This document shows positions 4,700 to 5,035 of a stretch of DNA of 5,035 nt, in pieces. The stretch spans positions 1 to 5,035 of the IMG/VR virus record IMGVR_UViG_3300045988_000232. One strand, given 5' to 3'. The stretch is from a virus. Under the pieces are notes generated by a model. The model made no database searches. It saw only the letters and a program-made list of their open reading frames with translations, and was not told the DNA's origin. The position numbers and the translations under genes are program-made. Position 1 is the stretch's first letter. Every line of letters starts with the position of its first letter.

Positions 4700-4716
4700 C
4701 AGTACAGGTGATAAGT

Positions 4717-5035
4717 ATGGTATGTTATAATCCTATTCTCATGTACCCGGTCGAAGGAGCGATCACGAAAAATGGAAAGCAGCATTATAGTTTCTACGGT
4801 AGCCTTGCCGCTCATCCTGAGCTTGCTGGCGATAGCCGTTTCATTCGTTGTTCCTGCAAGCAGTGTATCGGCTGTCGGCTCGAAAACTCTCGTCAATGGG
4901 CTGTCAGAGCTGTTCACGAAGCCCGTACTTCGTCTTCAGCTTATTTCGTTACCTGTACTTTCGACGATTATCATTTGCCGCACGATAGGAGTTTGAGCAA
5001 AAAATTTCATCAAACGTTCATGAAGAATCTTCGTC
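4717..5035 (+). CDS. VP4: Replication initiation protein VP4 (HUH endonuclease), N-terminal part; runs off the window and continues at base 1
   Basis: ATG at 4717 follows AGGTGA (4706-4711) with a 5-nt spacer. Frame 1 is open to the window end: MVCYNPILMYPVEGAITKNGKQHYSFYGSLAAHPELAGDSRFIRCSCKQCIGCRLENSRQWAVRAVHEARTSSSAYFVTCTFDDYHLP, then HDRSLSKKF..., which is identical to bases 1 onward. It has the M-x-C-x-x-P start, the CxxCxGCR(L)xxSRQWA block and the FxTxTF motif typical of microvirus Rep. It is absent from the ORF track only because there is no stop before the window edge. The joined gene (4717..4980 + 1..648) is 912 nt, or 303 aa. Confidence 0.93.
   Translation, partial: MVCYNPILMYPVEGAITKNGKQHYSFYGSLAAHPELAGDSRFIRCSCKQCIGCRLENSRQWAVRAVHEARTSSSAYFVTCTFDDYHLPHDRSLSKKFHQTFMKNLR
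4981..5035. repeat. Terminal direct redundancy (right copy)
   Basis: Exact copy of bases 1-55; see the left copy. Confidence 0.95.

Noticed and set aside
1214-4917. All minus-strand ORFs in the track (1214-1426, 1520-1720, 2000-2191, 2273-2530, 3011-3430, 3431-3649, 4699-4917)
   Set aside because: Each lies antisense to a confidently identified + strand gene. None has a recognisable motif or a convincing Shine-Dalgarno, and known Microviridae transcribe only one strand. The 139-aa ORF at 3011-3430 is just the open antisense frame of VP1.
1-5035. Terminal repeats as biological LTR/ITR or a transposon boundary; also tRNA, CRISPR or an integrase
   Set aside because: The repeat is direct, exact, and internal to a continuous ORF, which is the signature of a circular contig overlap. 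I saw no spacer-repeat arrays, no cloverleaf-capable segments, and no recombinase-like ORF.

Overview
The window is one complete circular ssDNA phage genome of the family Microviridae, Gokushovirinae-like. Bases 1-55 are repeated exactly at 4981-5035, so the unit length is 4980 nt. The sequence has been linearised inside the replication-initiator gene. All supportable genes are on the + strand and tightly packed, in this order: VP4 (HUH replication initiator, wrapping 4717..4980 + 1..648), an orphan ORF (679-918), a VP5-like protein (887-1177), the VP3 internal scaffold (1286-1768), the VP1 major capsid protein (1892-3613, TTG start), the VP2 pilot/minor capsid protein (3628-4314), an unrecognised small ORF with a hydrophobic N-terminus (4328-4567), and a 36-aa Arg/Lys-rich J/VP8-like DNA-binding peptide (4564-4674). 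The last one is too short to appear in the ORF track. Family assignments come from motifs I recognise by eye; no searches were run. Non-coding signals include three sigma70-type promoters with the same architecture (perfect TTGACA, 17-nt spacer, TGn extended -10), each overlapping the stop codon of the preceding gene. There is one clear intrinsic terminator (1206-1236) followed by a GC-rich island. The VP3-VP1 intergenic region holds two perfect hairpins, and the loop of one carries ACTTGAT, the core of the phiX174 origin nick site. The best leads are the candidate origin hairpin, the candidate single-gene lysis or membrane proteins (one free-standing, two overprinted in the +1 frame), and the promoter/terminator layout. 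I see no tRNA, rRNA, CRISPR array, transposase or integrase. I found no multi-gene defence-type system; this is a minimal phage genome.
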